A DNA stretch of 60,544 nucleotides, filler included, from Nemertoderma westbladi (lineage: Eukaryota > Animalia > Xenacoelomorpha), in assembly GCA_032718475.1 (NCBI GenBank). It is 3 parts of 3 records of this genome, joined end to end, with 100 filler letters (N's around TTAATTAATTAA, not from the genome) between each part and the next. Parts side by side here need not be neighbours in the genome. Positions count along the whole stretch, not along the records: positions 22,301 to 51,416 come from JAUCBJ010006368.1; 2 more parts are not named here. One strand, written 5' to 3'. The translations under genes were made by a program, and so were the position numbers. The notes under the pieces were generated by a model. It did no database searches. It worked only from the letters and a program-made list of their open reading frames with translations, and was not told the origin of the DNA. Below are positions 26,867 through 38,704 of the stretch, in pieces. Within the stretch, counting starts at the first letter, position 1, and every line of letters starts with the position of its first letter.

Positions 26867-27665
26867 GTTTAGTTTAGTTTAGTTTAGTTTAGTTTAGTTT
26901 AGTTTAGTTTAGTTAGTTAGTTTAGTTTAGTTTAGTTTAGTTTAGTTTAGTTTAGTTTAGTTTAGTTTAGTTTAGTTTAGTTTAGTTTAGTTTAGTTTAG
27001 TTTAGTTTAGTTTAGTTTAGTTTAGTTTAGTTTAGTTTAGTTTAGTTTAGTTTAGTTTAGTTTAGTTTAGTTTAGTTTAGTTTAGTTTAGTTTAGTTTAG
27101 TTTAGTTTAGTTTAGTTTAGTTTAGTTTAGTTTAGTTTAGTTTAGTTTAGTTTAGTTTAGTTTAGTTTAGTTTAGTTTAGTTTAGTTTAGTTTAGTTTAG
27201 TTTAGTTTAGTTTAGTTTAGTTTAGTTTAGTTTAGTTTAGTTTAGTTTAGTTTAGTTTAGTTTAGTTTAGTTTAGTTTAGTTTAGTTTAGTTTAGTTTAG
27301 TTTAGTTTAGTTTAGTTTAGTTTAGTTTAGTTTAGTTTAGTTTAGTTTAGTTTAGTTTAGTTTAGTTTAGTTTAGTTTAGTTTAGTTTAGTTTAGTTTAG
27401 TTTAGTTTAGTTTAGTTTAGTTTAGTTTAGTTTAGTTTAGTTTAGTTTAGTTTAGTTTAGTTTAGTTTAGTTTAGTTTAGTTTAGTTTAGTTTAGTTTAG
27501 TTTAGTTTAGTTTAGTTTAGTTTAGTTTAGTTTAGTTTAGTTTAGTTTAGTTTAGTTTAGTTTAGTTTAGTTTAGTTTAGTTTAGTTTAGTTTAGTTTAG
27601 TTTAGTTTAGTTTAGTTTAGTTTAGTTTAGTTTAGTTTAGTTTAGATTTAGTTTAGTTTAGTTTA
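26867..27665. repeat. (TTTAG)n microsatellite, ~160 copies
   Basis: Near-perfect pentamer run. Confidence 0.99.
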
Positions 27666-28792
27666 ATTTAATTACGCCAGTATCAATAAAAATATATCTC
27701 AAAAGTCAAACATACAAACACAAATGACAGAAATAAAGATAATCCATGATTAGTATGTAGCAATGTACGTAATGTACGTACGTACTGTAAGTAATGTACA
27801 GTAATATATACACGTTCTGTTATACAGTCTGCATTGCACCAAGATAAATAATATTCAGGTATTATAAACATTTTGTTTTTCGCAATGGCTGGCAAAAAAG
27901 TTACGCAGTGTTGCGTTTTAAGGCGGGATTAAAATATAAATAAAAAATAGATTAATTAATTAAAGATAAAATTCGATAAAAAAAATAAATATTAAGTTAT
28001 ACCATAAATTCGTAAGTATACGTTATATATACGTTATATATACGTATATATATACGTTATACCATAACTAACAAGCAATATGTGCCTCGAACATGGGAGA
28101 AAACAAGTTACAAATTACATAGGCCTAGTTTAAAAATAATGCATAATACGATAATACGCGGTGTAGTGTCCACATAAGGGGCCTATTATGACAACGTTAT
28201 GATAAAATGCATCAGTCAATTAAGATTGCAGGTAACATATGACGTATATGTAATCATGAAATTTACAGTATATTTCTAAATTCATTGCAGTATTCGAAGA
28301 TTCTGCCAAGTTACGCAATTGCATTTTAAAGCCGGGAAAAAAATTTTTAAATAAACTTATTATATGTAATAATGCTTAAATATTATTTATAAATATCATA
28401 GATGTATAAAAATCATAGGTGTGGAAATAAAATTCGATAAAAATTATTTATTATTATTATTATTTAGTATTTTGTGTTGGTCTACCCATACGGTGCTGCA
28501 TGGCATAGGCAATATATTAGCCTAGCTTTACAATTAAAAAATTACAATACCTGCAATACATTTCAGTATTTGGCCATAGTGTTTTTGTTCAGTGTAACTG
28601 TATAGTAGTAGTAGTAGTATACTGCAGTACTGGTATAAAGATTACGGATACAGTACAGCAGTAGCAAGTAGGCCTACCTGAGCTGCTGAGGATAGTACAT
28701 ACTGACATACGGACTGCAGTACTACCACCACCACGACCAGACGACCCCGGTCAGACGGTACGGCACTGTAACATATTGAAAATTACAATACA

Positions 28793-29872
28793 ATGTTTAA
28801 TGAATCGCCCGCTACCGAATATAAACAATCCGGGTTTACCATATCCCCGGAAATATTTACGAATATTTGTTTGGATAATTGTTCTTTCGTGAGGTGTTTT
28901 ATCGAGGATTACATCCGCGCAAACACCTCGTTCCTCGAGGACTATATAACCGCTAATTGCACCGCCGGGGAAATAACCGACTGGCTTCACAAGGTTGTGA
29001 GTAAAATTGAAACAACACAAAGCGATGTAATATATGATCAAGCGATCGTAGATACCGACAATCTGACGTCCAATGAGTGGCAGTTCATTGGAGAATACGA
29101 TAAGTATACAGACGAGACGCTACAACAAACTCCCGCAACCAATGACGTCACCGGTTGTGGAGTTTTACAACCGTTATTTCAACCATTACACTCCAAAACT
29201 GGCCATAAACGTTCGCTAAGACCTCTGAATTCCTACAAACTTAAACGCGACTCCAGAAACCCTCCGTTGTCTGCCGCTAGGAGGGGCAGCAGACAAATTA
29301 AACGCCCTAAACATTTCAACCAATATATCGACTCCAGTTTCAGCTCTATATCTCCGTTAGTTGACATCGACGACGACAACGAATCCCTCGCGTTAACGGC
29401 GAATGAAACCCCCAACGAATTAGCCCCCGGTATCTCGGCCTATACGAGCGCCATTAGCGCCGCTTACCGCGACACAACAGCTTATCATTTAATCGAAGAT
29501 AATAATGTCTTAGAACCCGTTGAATCGGTCAACCAATCGGAGACGATAAATTCGGAAGTTGTTGATTCTCCGACTATCGACTCTCCTCCGGTCGCCGATG
29601 CTTCCCGCGTTACCATGGTAACTATCGGGTCCGACCATTTGGTTCCCGCGAACGCCAAGAGTTTCGTATGGAAACACTTTACTATCCTACCAGACGAAGC
29701 AGATCGGGTTAAGTGTCTGTCCTGCGGGAAGAAATTCACGTACGGCGCGGGCATTGGCTCCAGACCGACAACCTCCCTGTTGCGTCATCTTAGACTGCGG
29801 CACCGGGCCCAGATTGTGGGCGAGAAGTGTCGGATTGGGCGACAACCCGAGGGGGACATCGAACGGTCGTAG
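28793..29872 (+). CDS. Intronless protein with a C-terminal BED zinc finger, paralog 1 (359 aa)
   Basis: KSFVWKHF...VKCLSCG...TTSLLRHLRLRH is a BED finger signature; no transposase catalytic domain follows. Confidence 0.8.
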   Translation: MFNESPATEYKQSGFTISPEIFTNICLDNCSFVRCFIEDYIRANTSFLEDYITANCTAGEITDWLHKVVSKIETTQSDVIYDQAIVDTDNLTSNEWQFIGEYDKYTDETLQQTPATNDVTGCGVLQPLFQPLHSKTGHKRSLRPLNSYKLKRDSRNPPLSAARRGSRQIKRPKHFNQYIDSSFSSISPLVDIDDDNESLALTANETPNELAPGISAYTSAISAAYRDTTAYHLIEDNNVLEPVESVNQSETINSEVVDSPTIDSPPVADASRVTMVTIGSDHLVPANAKSFVWKHFTILPDEADRVKCLSCGKKFTYGAGIGSRPTTSLLRHLRLRHRAQIVGEKCRIGRQPEGDIERS

Positions 29873-30704
29873 CCTCTCTGTGGCGTCGCGTCAGACGCAT
29901 TCCTCTACAACTACGGGTTCAGGTTGGGGCCAATAAACAAACAGAAGTTGTGCGACAACAGTTACGGGTTCGAGGGAAACCTGTAGCGAAGCTTCTGCAG
30001 GCTGGTTTATTCTAGCCAATTCAGATAGGAATGACTCCCTCTCCAGGGCAAATCTAGGCAAATAACAGCTGATTACTCTCTAAAATAAGATTTATGTTCT
30101 ATTGAATTTTGTTTTAGTTTATCAAATATTCCAAAATTAACCCAAATATTTTATTACTTTTTATTTATTATAACTGATTTATTTCGGTACAGAAGGCGGT
30201 AGGTAGGTTTGAGTTTTAGGTTGGGATATATTAGTATTATTATTGCAGCTAATCTTTAACAATAATTTATTGTTATTGGCTATTGATTGGCTAGGCCATC
30301 TCGTAAATTTGTATTAAAGAACTTCAATTCGAATCCGTCGGTAAGTGAGATAAATATATTTATTTAGGATATCATGAAATTAATTAACCAATGAATTGAT
30401 GCGGTCATCCAAAAATGATTCAGTACGATTTGGTTGGGCAAAATCGAGTTATTTGCATTGTAATTTAATGTGTTTCATCCGCTACTCGGCACAGCTGGCA
30501 CTGTGGCGTTAATATTTACTCTAAAGAAAAGATACCCAAGTAATTCAATCAAATTCGAAAATGAATGTAAAACAGTCCCTTTTGTATCTCACTGTAATCA
30601 ATCCATTGATGTATTTCAAGCGAAAGATAATGTCAGAAATTACACTAAATTTATTTGATAAATGACTTCTGGTTTGGGTTACATTATCAACAACTATATT
30701 AGGT

Positions 30705-31600
30705 TATCTTGGGGGGGGGGGGGGGGGGGTTCACCCACAGTCTTTTTTCGACAGTTTTTTTTTAAATATGTTTTCAGATGTAAAATTTTGTGGTGCTTCC
30801 GAATCTGTAATCGGTCTTTCGATAAGTTGTGTTTGGTTCTCGAGTTATGGCAACTTTTGTAATTTTGGTGCAACACCACATATTGCACCAAAATAGACCC
30901 TCAAACTTTGAAATATTTGGCTATTTTCCGAATCAGCGCAAAAAATTCGCCTATTGGCATCAAAACCATAAAAGAAGATCATTTTTGAAAAAATTCAAAA
31001 TTTTTCACCTTTGGTGCATGTTTGGTCAGTTGTACGAATACTTAAGTTGTACTAATACTGTTACTCACCCGATTTCCGGAATTATGTAGAATAAAAATTG
31101 CGTTGAAAATTTTGTTTATAAAATTTTTCCGCGCGATGTTTCTTCTACATAATTCCGCAAACAGAAATAAAATCGGTTGAGTAGTTAAAAAGTAGATAGA
31201 GAAAGTAGATAGAGAAAGTAGATAGTGAAAGTAGATAGTGAAAGTAGATAGAGAAAGTAGATACCTAGTGAAAGTGTCCCAAAAAGGCAACGCGAGACAA
31301 ATGACATTTACATTTCCTCCTTTACCACAACTGCCCGAACATGCACCAAAAGTGAACAATTTTGAAATTGTTTGGTGAAAAGTCTTTTTTGGTGTCAAAA
31401 GTGCTCCTGCACCAAAATTACTAATTTTCAAATTTTGGGTGAATATTACTAAAGTTGCCATAACTTGAGTTGAGAACAAAAAAAATTATCGAAAAACTGA
31501 TCTCAGAATCGGAATCACAATAAAATATTACATCGGAAAATACATTAAAAACTGTCTAAAAAAGACTGGGGTGACGCCAACACCCCACCCCCCCCCCCAA
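30705..31600. mobile_element. Degenerate non-autonomous DNA element with long imperfect inverted arms
   Basis: poly-G/cagtcttttt...gagttatggcaacttt on the left mirrored by aaagttgccataact...aaaaagactgg/poly-C on the right; central gaaagtagata repeats. Confidence 0.55.
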
Positions 31601-31916
31601 AAAAAAAAAGAAAATATGTAAAATACCATTACGATCTGTGTTTCATTATTTGTAAACGTAAACCTGCTTTTTCACGAATTTCTCACTAGGCCTATCAGTG
31701 TACATTTTGCAGTGACGTCATCATCACTACATTGTTGTTTTACATAGTCCACTGCCACTCAATAACATGTAATTTTATAATCTTACAGATTTAATACTAC
31801 TAATGAACATTACTAAATATTATACAATTTATCTTAATTTCTACGGCACCTATTATTTTTCTTTAACCTTAGAAACTTAAATTTGACGAAATATTTACTT
31901 TCATGCGTTAAGATTC

Positions 31917-34900
31917 ATACCCACACACCCGTGGGACCTACTAACAGCTAATACCCACACACCCATGGGACCTACTAACAGCTAATACCCACACACCCGT
32001 GGGACCTACTAACAGCTAATACCCACACACCCGTGGGACCAATACTAACAGCTAATACCCACACACCCATGGGACCTACTAACAGCTAATACCCACACAC
32101 CCGTGGGACCTACTAACAGCTAATACCCACACACCGTGGGACCTACTAACAGCTAATACCCACACACCCATGGGACCTACTAACAGCTAATACCCACACA
32201 CCCGTGGGACCTACTAACAGCTAATACCCACACACCCGTGGGACCAATACTTACAGCTAACCCACACACCCGTGGGACCTACTAACAGCTAATACCCACA
32301 CACCCGTGGGACCAATACTGACAGCTAACCCACACACCCGTGGGACCTACTAACAGCTAATACCCACACACCCGTGGGACCAATACTAACAGCTAACCCA
32401 CACACCCGTGGGACCTACTAACAGCTAATACCCACACACCCATGGGACCTACTAACAGCTAATACCCACACACCCGTGGGACCAATACTAACAGCTAATA
32501 CCCACACACCCGTGGGACCAATACTAACAGCTAATACCCACACACCCGTGGGACCAATACTAACAGCTAATACCCACACACCCGTGGGACCTACTAACAG
32601 CTAATACCCACACACCCGTGGGACCTACTAACAGTAATACCCACACACCCGTGGGACCAATACTAACAGCTAATACCCACACACCCGTGGGACCAATACT
32701 AACAGCTAATACCCACACACCCGTGGGACCTACTAACAACAGCTAATACCCCCACACCCGTGGGACATACTAACAGCTAATACCCACACACCCATGGGAC
32801 CAACTAACAGCTAATACCCACACACCCGTGGGACCTACTAACAGCTAATACCCACACACCCGTGGGACCTACTAACAGCTAATACCCACACACCCGTGGG
32901 ACCTACTAACAACAGCTAATACCCACATACCCGTGGGACCTACTAACAGCTAATACCCACACACCCGTGGGACCTACTAACAGCTAATACCCACACACCC
33001 GTGGGACCAATACTAACAGCTAATACCCACACACCCGTGGGACCTACTAACAGCTAATACCCACACACCCGTGGGACCTACTAACAGCTAATACCCACAC
33101 ACCCGCGGGACCTACTAACAGCTAATACCCACACACCCGTGGGACCAATACTAACAGCTAATACCCACACACCCGTGGGACCTACTAACAGCTAATACCC
33201 ACACACCCGTGGGACCAATACTAACAGCTAATACCCACACACCCGTGGGACCAATACTAACAGCTAATACCCACACACCCGTGGGACCTACTAACAGCTA
33301 ATACCCACACACCCGTGGGACCTACTAACAGTAATACCCCCACACCCGTGGGACCAATACTAACAGCTAATACCCACACACCCGTGGGACCTATACTAAC
33401 AGCTAATACCCACACACCCGTGGGACCTATACTAACAGCTAATACCCACACACCCGTGGGACCTACTAACAGCTAATACCCACACACCCGTGGGACCTAC
33501 TAACAGCTAATACCCACACACCCGTGGGACCTACTAACAGCTAATACCCACACACCCGTGGGACCTACTAACAGCTAATACCCACACACACGTGGGACCA
33601 ATTCTAACAGCTAATACCCACACACCCTTGGGACCTACTAACAGCTAATACCCACATACCCGTGGGACCAATACTAACAGCTAATACCCACACACCCGTG
33701 GGACCTACTAACAACAGCTAATACCCACATACCCGTGGGACCAATACTAACAGCTAATACCCACACACCCGTGGGACCTACTAACAGCTAATACCCACAC
33801 ACCCGTGGGACCAATTCTAACAGCTAATACCCACACACCCTTGGGACCTACTAACAGCTAATACCCACATACCCGTGGGACCAATACTAGCAGCTAATAC
33901 CCACACACCCGTGGGACCTACTAACAACAGCTAATACCCACATACCCGTGGGACCAATACTAACAGCTAATACCCACACACCCGTGGGACCTACTAACAA
34001 CAGCTAATACCCACATACCCGTGGGACCTACTAACAGCTAATACCCACACACCCGTGGGACCTACTAACAACAGCTAATACCCACATACCCGTGGGACCA
34101 ATACTAACAGCTAATACCCACACACCCGTGGGACCTACTAACAGCTAATACCCACACACCCGTGGGACCTACTAACAGCTAATACCCACACACCCGTGGG
34201 ACCAATACTAACAGCTAATACCCACACACCCGTGGGACCAACTAACAGCTAATACCCACACACCCGTGGGACCTACTAACAACAGCTAATACCCACATAC
34301 CCGTGGGACCTACTAACAGCTAATACCCACACACCCGTGGGACCTACTAACAGCTAATACCCACACACCCGTGGGACCTACTAACAGCTAATAGCCACAC
34401 ACCCGTGGGACCTACTAACAGCTAATACCCACACACCCGTGGGACCAATACTAACAGCTAATACCCACACACCCGTGGTACCTACTAACAACAGCTAATA
34501 CCCACATACCCGTGGGACCTACTAACAGCTAATACCCACACACCCGTGGGACCAATACTAACAGCTAATACCCACACACCCATGGGACCAATACTAACAG
34601 CTAATACCCACACACCCGTGGGACCTACTAGCAGCTAATACCCACACACCCGTGGGACCAATACTAACAGCTAATACCCACACACCCGTGGGACCTACTA
34701 ACAACAGCTAATACCCCCACACCCGTGGGACCAATACTAACAGCTAATACCCACACACCCGTGGGACCAATACTAACAGCTAATACCCACACACCCGTGG
34801 GACCTACTAACAGCTAATACCCACACACCCGTGGGACCTACTAACAGCTAATACCCACACACCCATGAGACCAACTAACAGCTAATACCCACACACCCGT

Positions 34901-36736
34901 GGGACCTACTAACAGCTAATACCCACACACCCGTGGGACCTACTAACAGCTAATACCCACACACCCGTGGGACCTACTAACAACAGCTAATACCCACACA
35001 CCCGTGGGACCTACTAACAACAGCTAATACCCCCACACCCGTGGGACATACTAACAGCTAATACCCACACACCCATGGGACCAACTAACAGCTAATACCC
35101 ACACACCCGTGGGACCTACTAACAGCTAATACCCACACACCCGTGGGACCTACTAACAGCTAATACCCACACACCCGTGGGACCTACTAACAACAGCTAA
35201 TACCCACATACCCGTGGGACCTACTAACAGCTAATACCCACACACCCGTGGGACCTACTAACAGCTAATACCCACACACCCGTGGGACCAATACTAACAG
35301 CTAATACCCACACACCCGTGGGACCTACTAACAGCTAATACCCACACACCCGTGGGACCTACTAACAGCTAATACCCACACACCCGCGGGACCTACTAAC
35401 AGCTAATACCCCCACACCCATGGGACCTACTAACAGCTAATACCCACACACCCGTGGGACCTACTAACAGCTAATACCCACACACCCGTGGGACCTACTA
35501 ACAACAGCTAATACCCACATACCCGTGGGACCTACTAACAGCTAATACCCACACACCCGTGGGACCTACTAACAGCTAATACCCACACACCCGTGGGACC
35601 AATACTAACAGCTAATACCCACACACCCGTGGGACCTACTAACAACAGCTAATACCCACATACCCGTGGGACCTACTAACAGCTAATACCCACACACCCG
35701 TGGGACCTACTAACAGCTAATACCCACACACCCGTGGGACCAATACTAACAGCTAATACCCACACACCCGTGGGACCTACTAACAACATCTAATACCCAC
35801 ATACCCGTGGGACCTACTAACAGCTAATACCCACACACCCGTGGGACCAATACTAACAGCTAATACCCACACACCCGTGGGACCAATACTAACAGCTAAT
35901 ACCCACACACCCGTGGGACCTACTAACAGCTAATACCCACACACCCGTGGGACCTACTAACACCTAATACCCCCACAGCCGTGGGACCAATACTAACAGC
36001 TAATACCCACACACCCGTGGGACCTACTAACAGCTAATACCCACACACCCGTGGGACCAATACTAACAGCTAATACCCACACACCCATGGGACCTACTAA
36101 CAGCTAATACCCACACACCCGTGGGACCTACTAACAACAGCTAATACCCACATACCCGTGGGACCTACTAACAGCTAATACCCACACACCCGTGGGACCT
36201 ACTAACAGCTAATACCCACACACCCGTGGGACCAATACTAACAGCTAATACCCACACACCCGTGGGACCTACTAACAACATCTAATACCCACATACCCGT
36301 GGGACCTACTAACAGCTAATACCCACACACCCGTGGGACCAATACTAACAGCTAATACCCACACACCCGTGGGACCAATACTAACAGCTAATACCCACAC
36401 ACCCGTGGGACCTACTAACAGCTAATACCCACACACCCGTGGGACCTACTAACACCTAATACCCCCACAGCCGTGGGACCAATACTAACAGCTAATACCC
36501 ACACACCCGTGGGACCTACTAACAGCTAATACCCACACACCCGTGGGACCAATACTAACAGCTAATACCCACACACCCATGGGACCTACTAACAGCTAAT
36601 ACCCACACACCCGTGGGACCTACTAACAGCTAATACCCACACACCCGTGGGACCAATACTAACAGCTAATACCCACACACCCATGGGACCTACTAACAGC
36701 TAATACCCACACACCCGTGGGACCTACTAACAGCTA
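31917..36736. repeat. Minisatellite of ~135-140 copies (34/36/37-bp units)
   Basis: Unit ACCCACACACCCGTGGGACC(AA)TACTAAC(AAC)AGCTAAT. Confidence 0.98.
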
Positions 36737-36784
36737 CAGTAAGTTATATTATGACAACCTCGTCCTGTTTTATATGTAGACCAA

Positions 36785-37045
36785 GCAGCAGCTTGGTCTA
36801 GTGGTGACATTCCTGTGCTTCCGATTAGGGAGCCCGGGTTCGATCCGTAGATGGGGCAGCACTGTTTGGGCACAGTGCTTTAAATGCTGCAGCCTAGCCC
36901 AACCTCGGCTTTCATCCTTCAGTGGTCGATAAATGGGAACCAAGGCAACTTGGGAAACAGAGTGGAGGGGTTTACTGTGGAAGATCACCCATGGTGGTGA
37001 ACAGGCATTCCTTGGCTTAACGAGCCTAAAAGATTCTCCCATTCA
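36785..37045 (+). mobile_element. tRNA-derived SINE
   Basis: Pol III A box TGGTCTAGTGG (~36794), B box GGTTCGATCC (~36837), a core ctttcatccttcagtggtcgataaatgggaacc resembling conserved metazoan SINE cores; its 3' end ccttggcttaacgagcctaaaagattctcc recurs at ~9489. Confidence 0.75.
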
Positions 37046-37126
37046 TATGTTGTATTTGTTTGTAATTATTTTGTGTCGGAGTTTCATTCAAATTCAATTA
37101 ATTTAGTTCAAAACTGGAAAATTACA

Positions 37127-38212
37127 ATGTTGAATGATTCGCCCGCTACCGAATATAAACAATCTGGGTTTACCATATCCCCGGAAATATTTACGAATAT
37201 TTGTTTGGATAATTGTTCTTTCGTGAGGTGTTTTATCGAGGATTACATCCGCGCAAACACCTCGTTCCTCGAGGACTATATAACCGCTAATTGCACCGCC
37301 GGGGAAATAACCGACTGGCTTCACAAGGTTGTGAGTAAAATTGAAACAACGCAAAGCGATGTAATATATGATCAAGCGATCGTAGATACCGACAATCTGA
37401 CGTCCAATGAGTGGCAGTTCATTGGAGAATACGATAAGTATACAGACGAGACGCAACAACAAACTCCCGCAACCAATGACGTCACCGGATGTGGAGTTTT
37501 ACAACCGTTATTTCAACCATTACACTCCAAAACTGGCCATAAACGTTCGCTAAGACCTCTGAATTCCTGCAAACTTAAACGCGACTCCAGAAACCCTCCG
37601 TTGTCTGCCGCTAGGAGGGGCAGCAGACAAATTAAACGCCCTAAACATTTCAACCAATATATCGACTCCAGTTTCAGCTCTATATCTCCGTTAGTTGACA
37701 TCGACGACGACAACGAATCCCTCGCGTTAACGGCGAATGAAACCCCCAACGAATTAGCCCCCGGTATCTCGGCCTATACGAGCGACATTAGCGCCGCTTA
37801 CCGCGACACAACAACTTATCATTTAATCGAAGATAATAATGTCTTAGAATCCGTTGAATCGGTCGACCAATCGGAGACGATAAAATCGGAAGTTGTTGAT
37901 TCTCCGACTATCGACTCTCCTCCGGTCGCCGATGCTTCCCGCGTTACCATGGTAACTATCGGGTCCGACCATTTGGTTCCCGCGAACGCCAAGAGTTTCG
38001 TATGGAAACACTTTACTATCCTACCAGACGAAGCAGATCGGGTTAAGTGTCTGTCCTGCGGTGCGACTTTCGCTTACGGTAGTTTAGGGAAGGGCCTCTT
38101 TTCCCGGCCAACTTCCTCGCTGTTACGACATCTTCGATTGAGGCACCTGGCCGAGATTGCTCACGAGAAGTGTATACGGATGAGACAGCCAAAACGATTG
38201 CGGCATTTTTAA
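37127..38212 (+). CDS. Intronless protein with a C-terminal BED zinc finger, paralog 2 (361 aa from the ATG at 37127)
   Basis: Nearly identical to 28793-29727 and then divergent; BED motif VWKHF..CLSC..TSSLLRHLRLRH is intact. Confidence 0.8.
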   Translation: MLNDSPATEYKQSGFTISPEIFTNICLDNCSFVRCFIEDYIRANTSFLEDYITANCTAGEITDWLHKVVSKIETTQSDVIYDQAIVDTDNLTSNEWQFIGEYDKYTDETQQQTPATNDVTGCGVLQPLFQPLHSKTGHKRSLRPLNSCKLKRDSRNPPLSAARRGSRQIKRPKHFNQYIDSSFSSISPLVDIDDDNESLALTANETPNELAPGISAYTSDISAAYRDTTTYHLIEDNNVLESVESVDQSETIKSEVVDSPTIDSPPVADASRVTMVTIGSDHLVPANAKSFVWKHFTILPDEADRVKCLSCGATFAYGSLGKGLFSRPTSSLLRHLRLRHLAEIAHEKCIRMRQPKRLRHF

Positions 38213-38347
38213 TTACTGTACTGTATAAGTCAACGAACATTTTTATTTGTTACATTGTTATTAATAATTATATACCCGTAGTTCAGTGGCCAGTTTTTAC
38301 ACGTTCGTGTGGCCTTCAGGCCTGTTTACACGTTCGTGTGGCCTTCA

Positions 38348-38704
38348 GGCCTGTTTACACGTGGCAACTTTTAGAGCAACTTTTTTTGGAGCAACTTAAT
38401 TTAATCGCTGTTTACACTTTACCAGCAACTTTACAAGCAACTTGGCCAGCAACTTTTAGAGCAACTTGTCTAGTTTGACTGTAAAATAGTGGGTACTGGT
38501 TCTCAGTATTCGTACACCCCTCGCCCTCACCAAATTTTATCTACTAGCTAGTTTTTGGTTTATTCAAACTAGCAAATTCCTTAAAGTTGCCGTAAAAGTT
38601 GAAAAGCTTTTTTTCAGCAACTTACGTGTTTACACGAAGCAACTTGATCGGCAACCTGGTTTGCTCTACAAGTTACCGAGAAAGTTGCCACGTGTAAACA
38701 GGCC
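38348..38704. mobile_element. PIF/Harbinger-type MITE
   Basis: TIRs GGCCTGTTTACACGTGGCAACTTT and AAAGTTGCCACGTGTAAACAGGCC; TCA/TTA flanks; internal GCAACTT repeats. Confidence 0.75.

Noticed and set aside
29095-29120. YDKYTDET in the BED protein resembling YDYTDET in ZNF622
   Set aside because: Too short, with no supporting flanking similarity; treated as coincidence.
36790-36860. Possible tRNA gene
   Set aside because: A and B boxes are present but no convincing acceptor stem; it continues into a SINE body whose tail recurs elsewhere.
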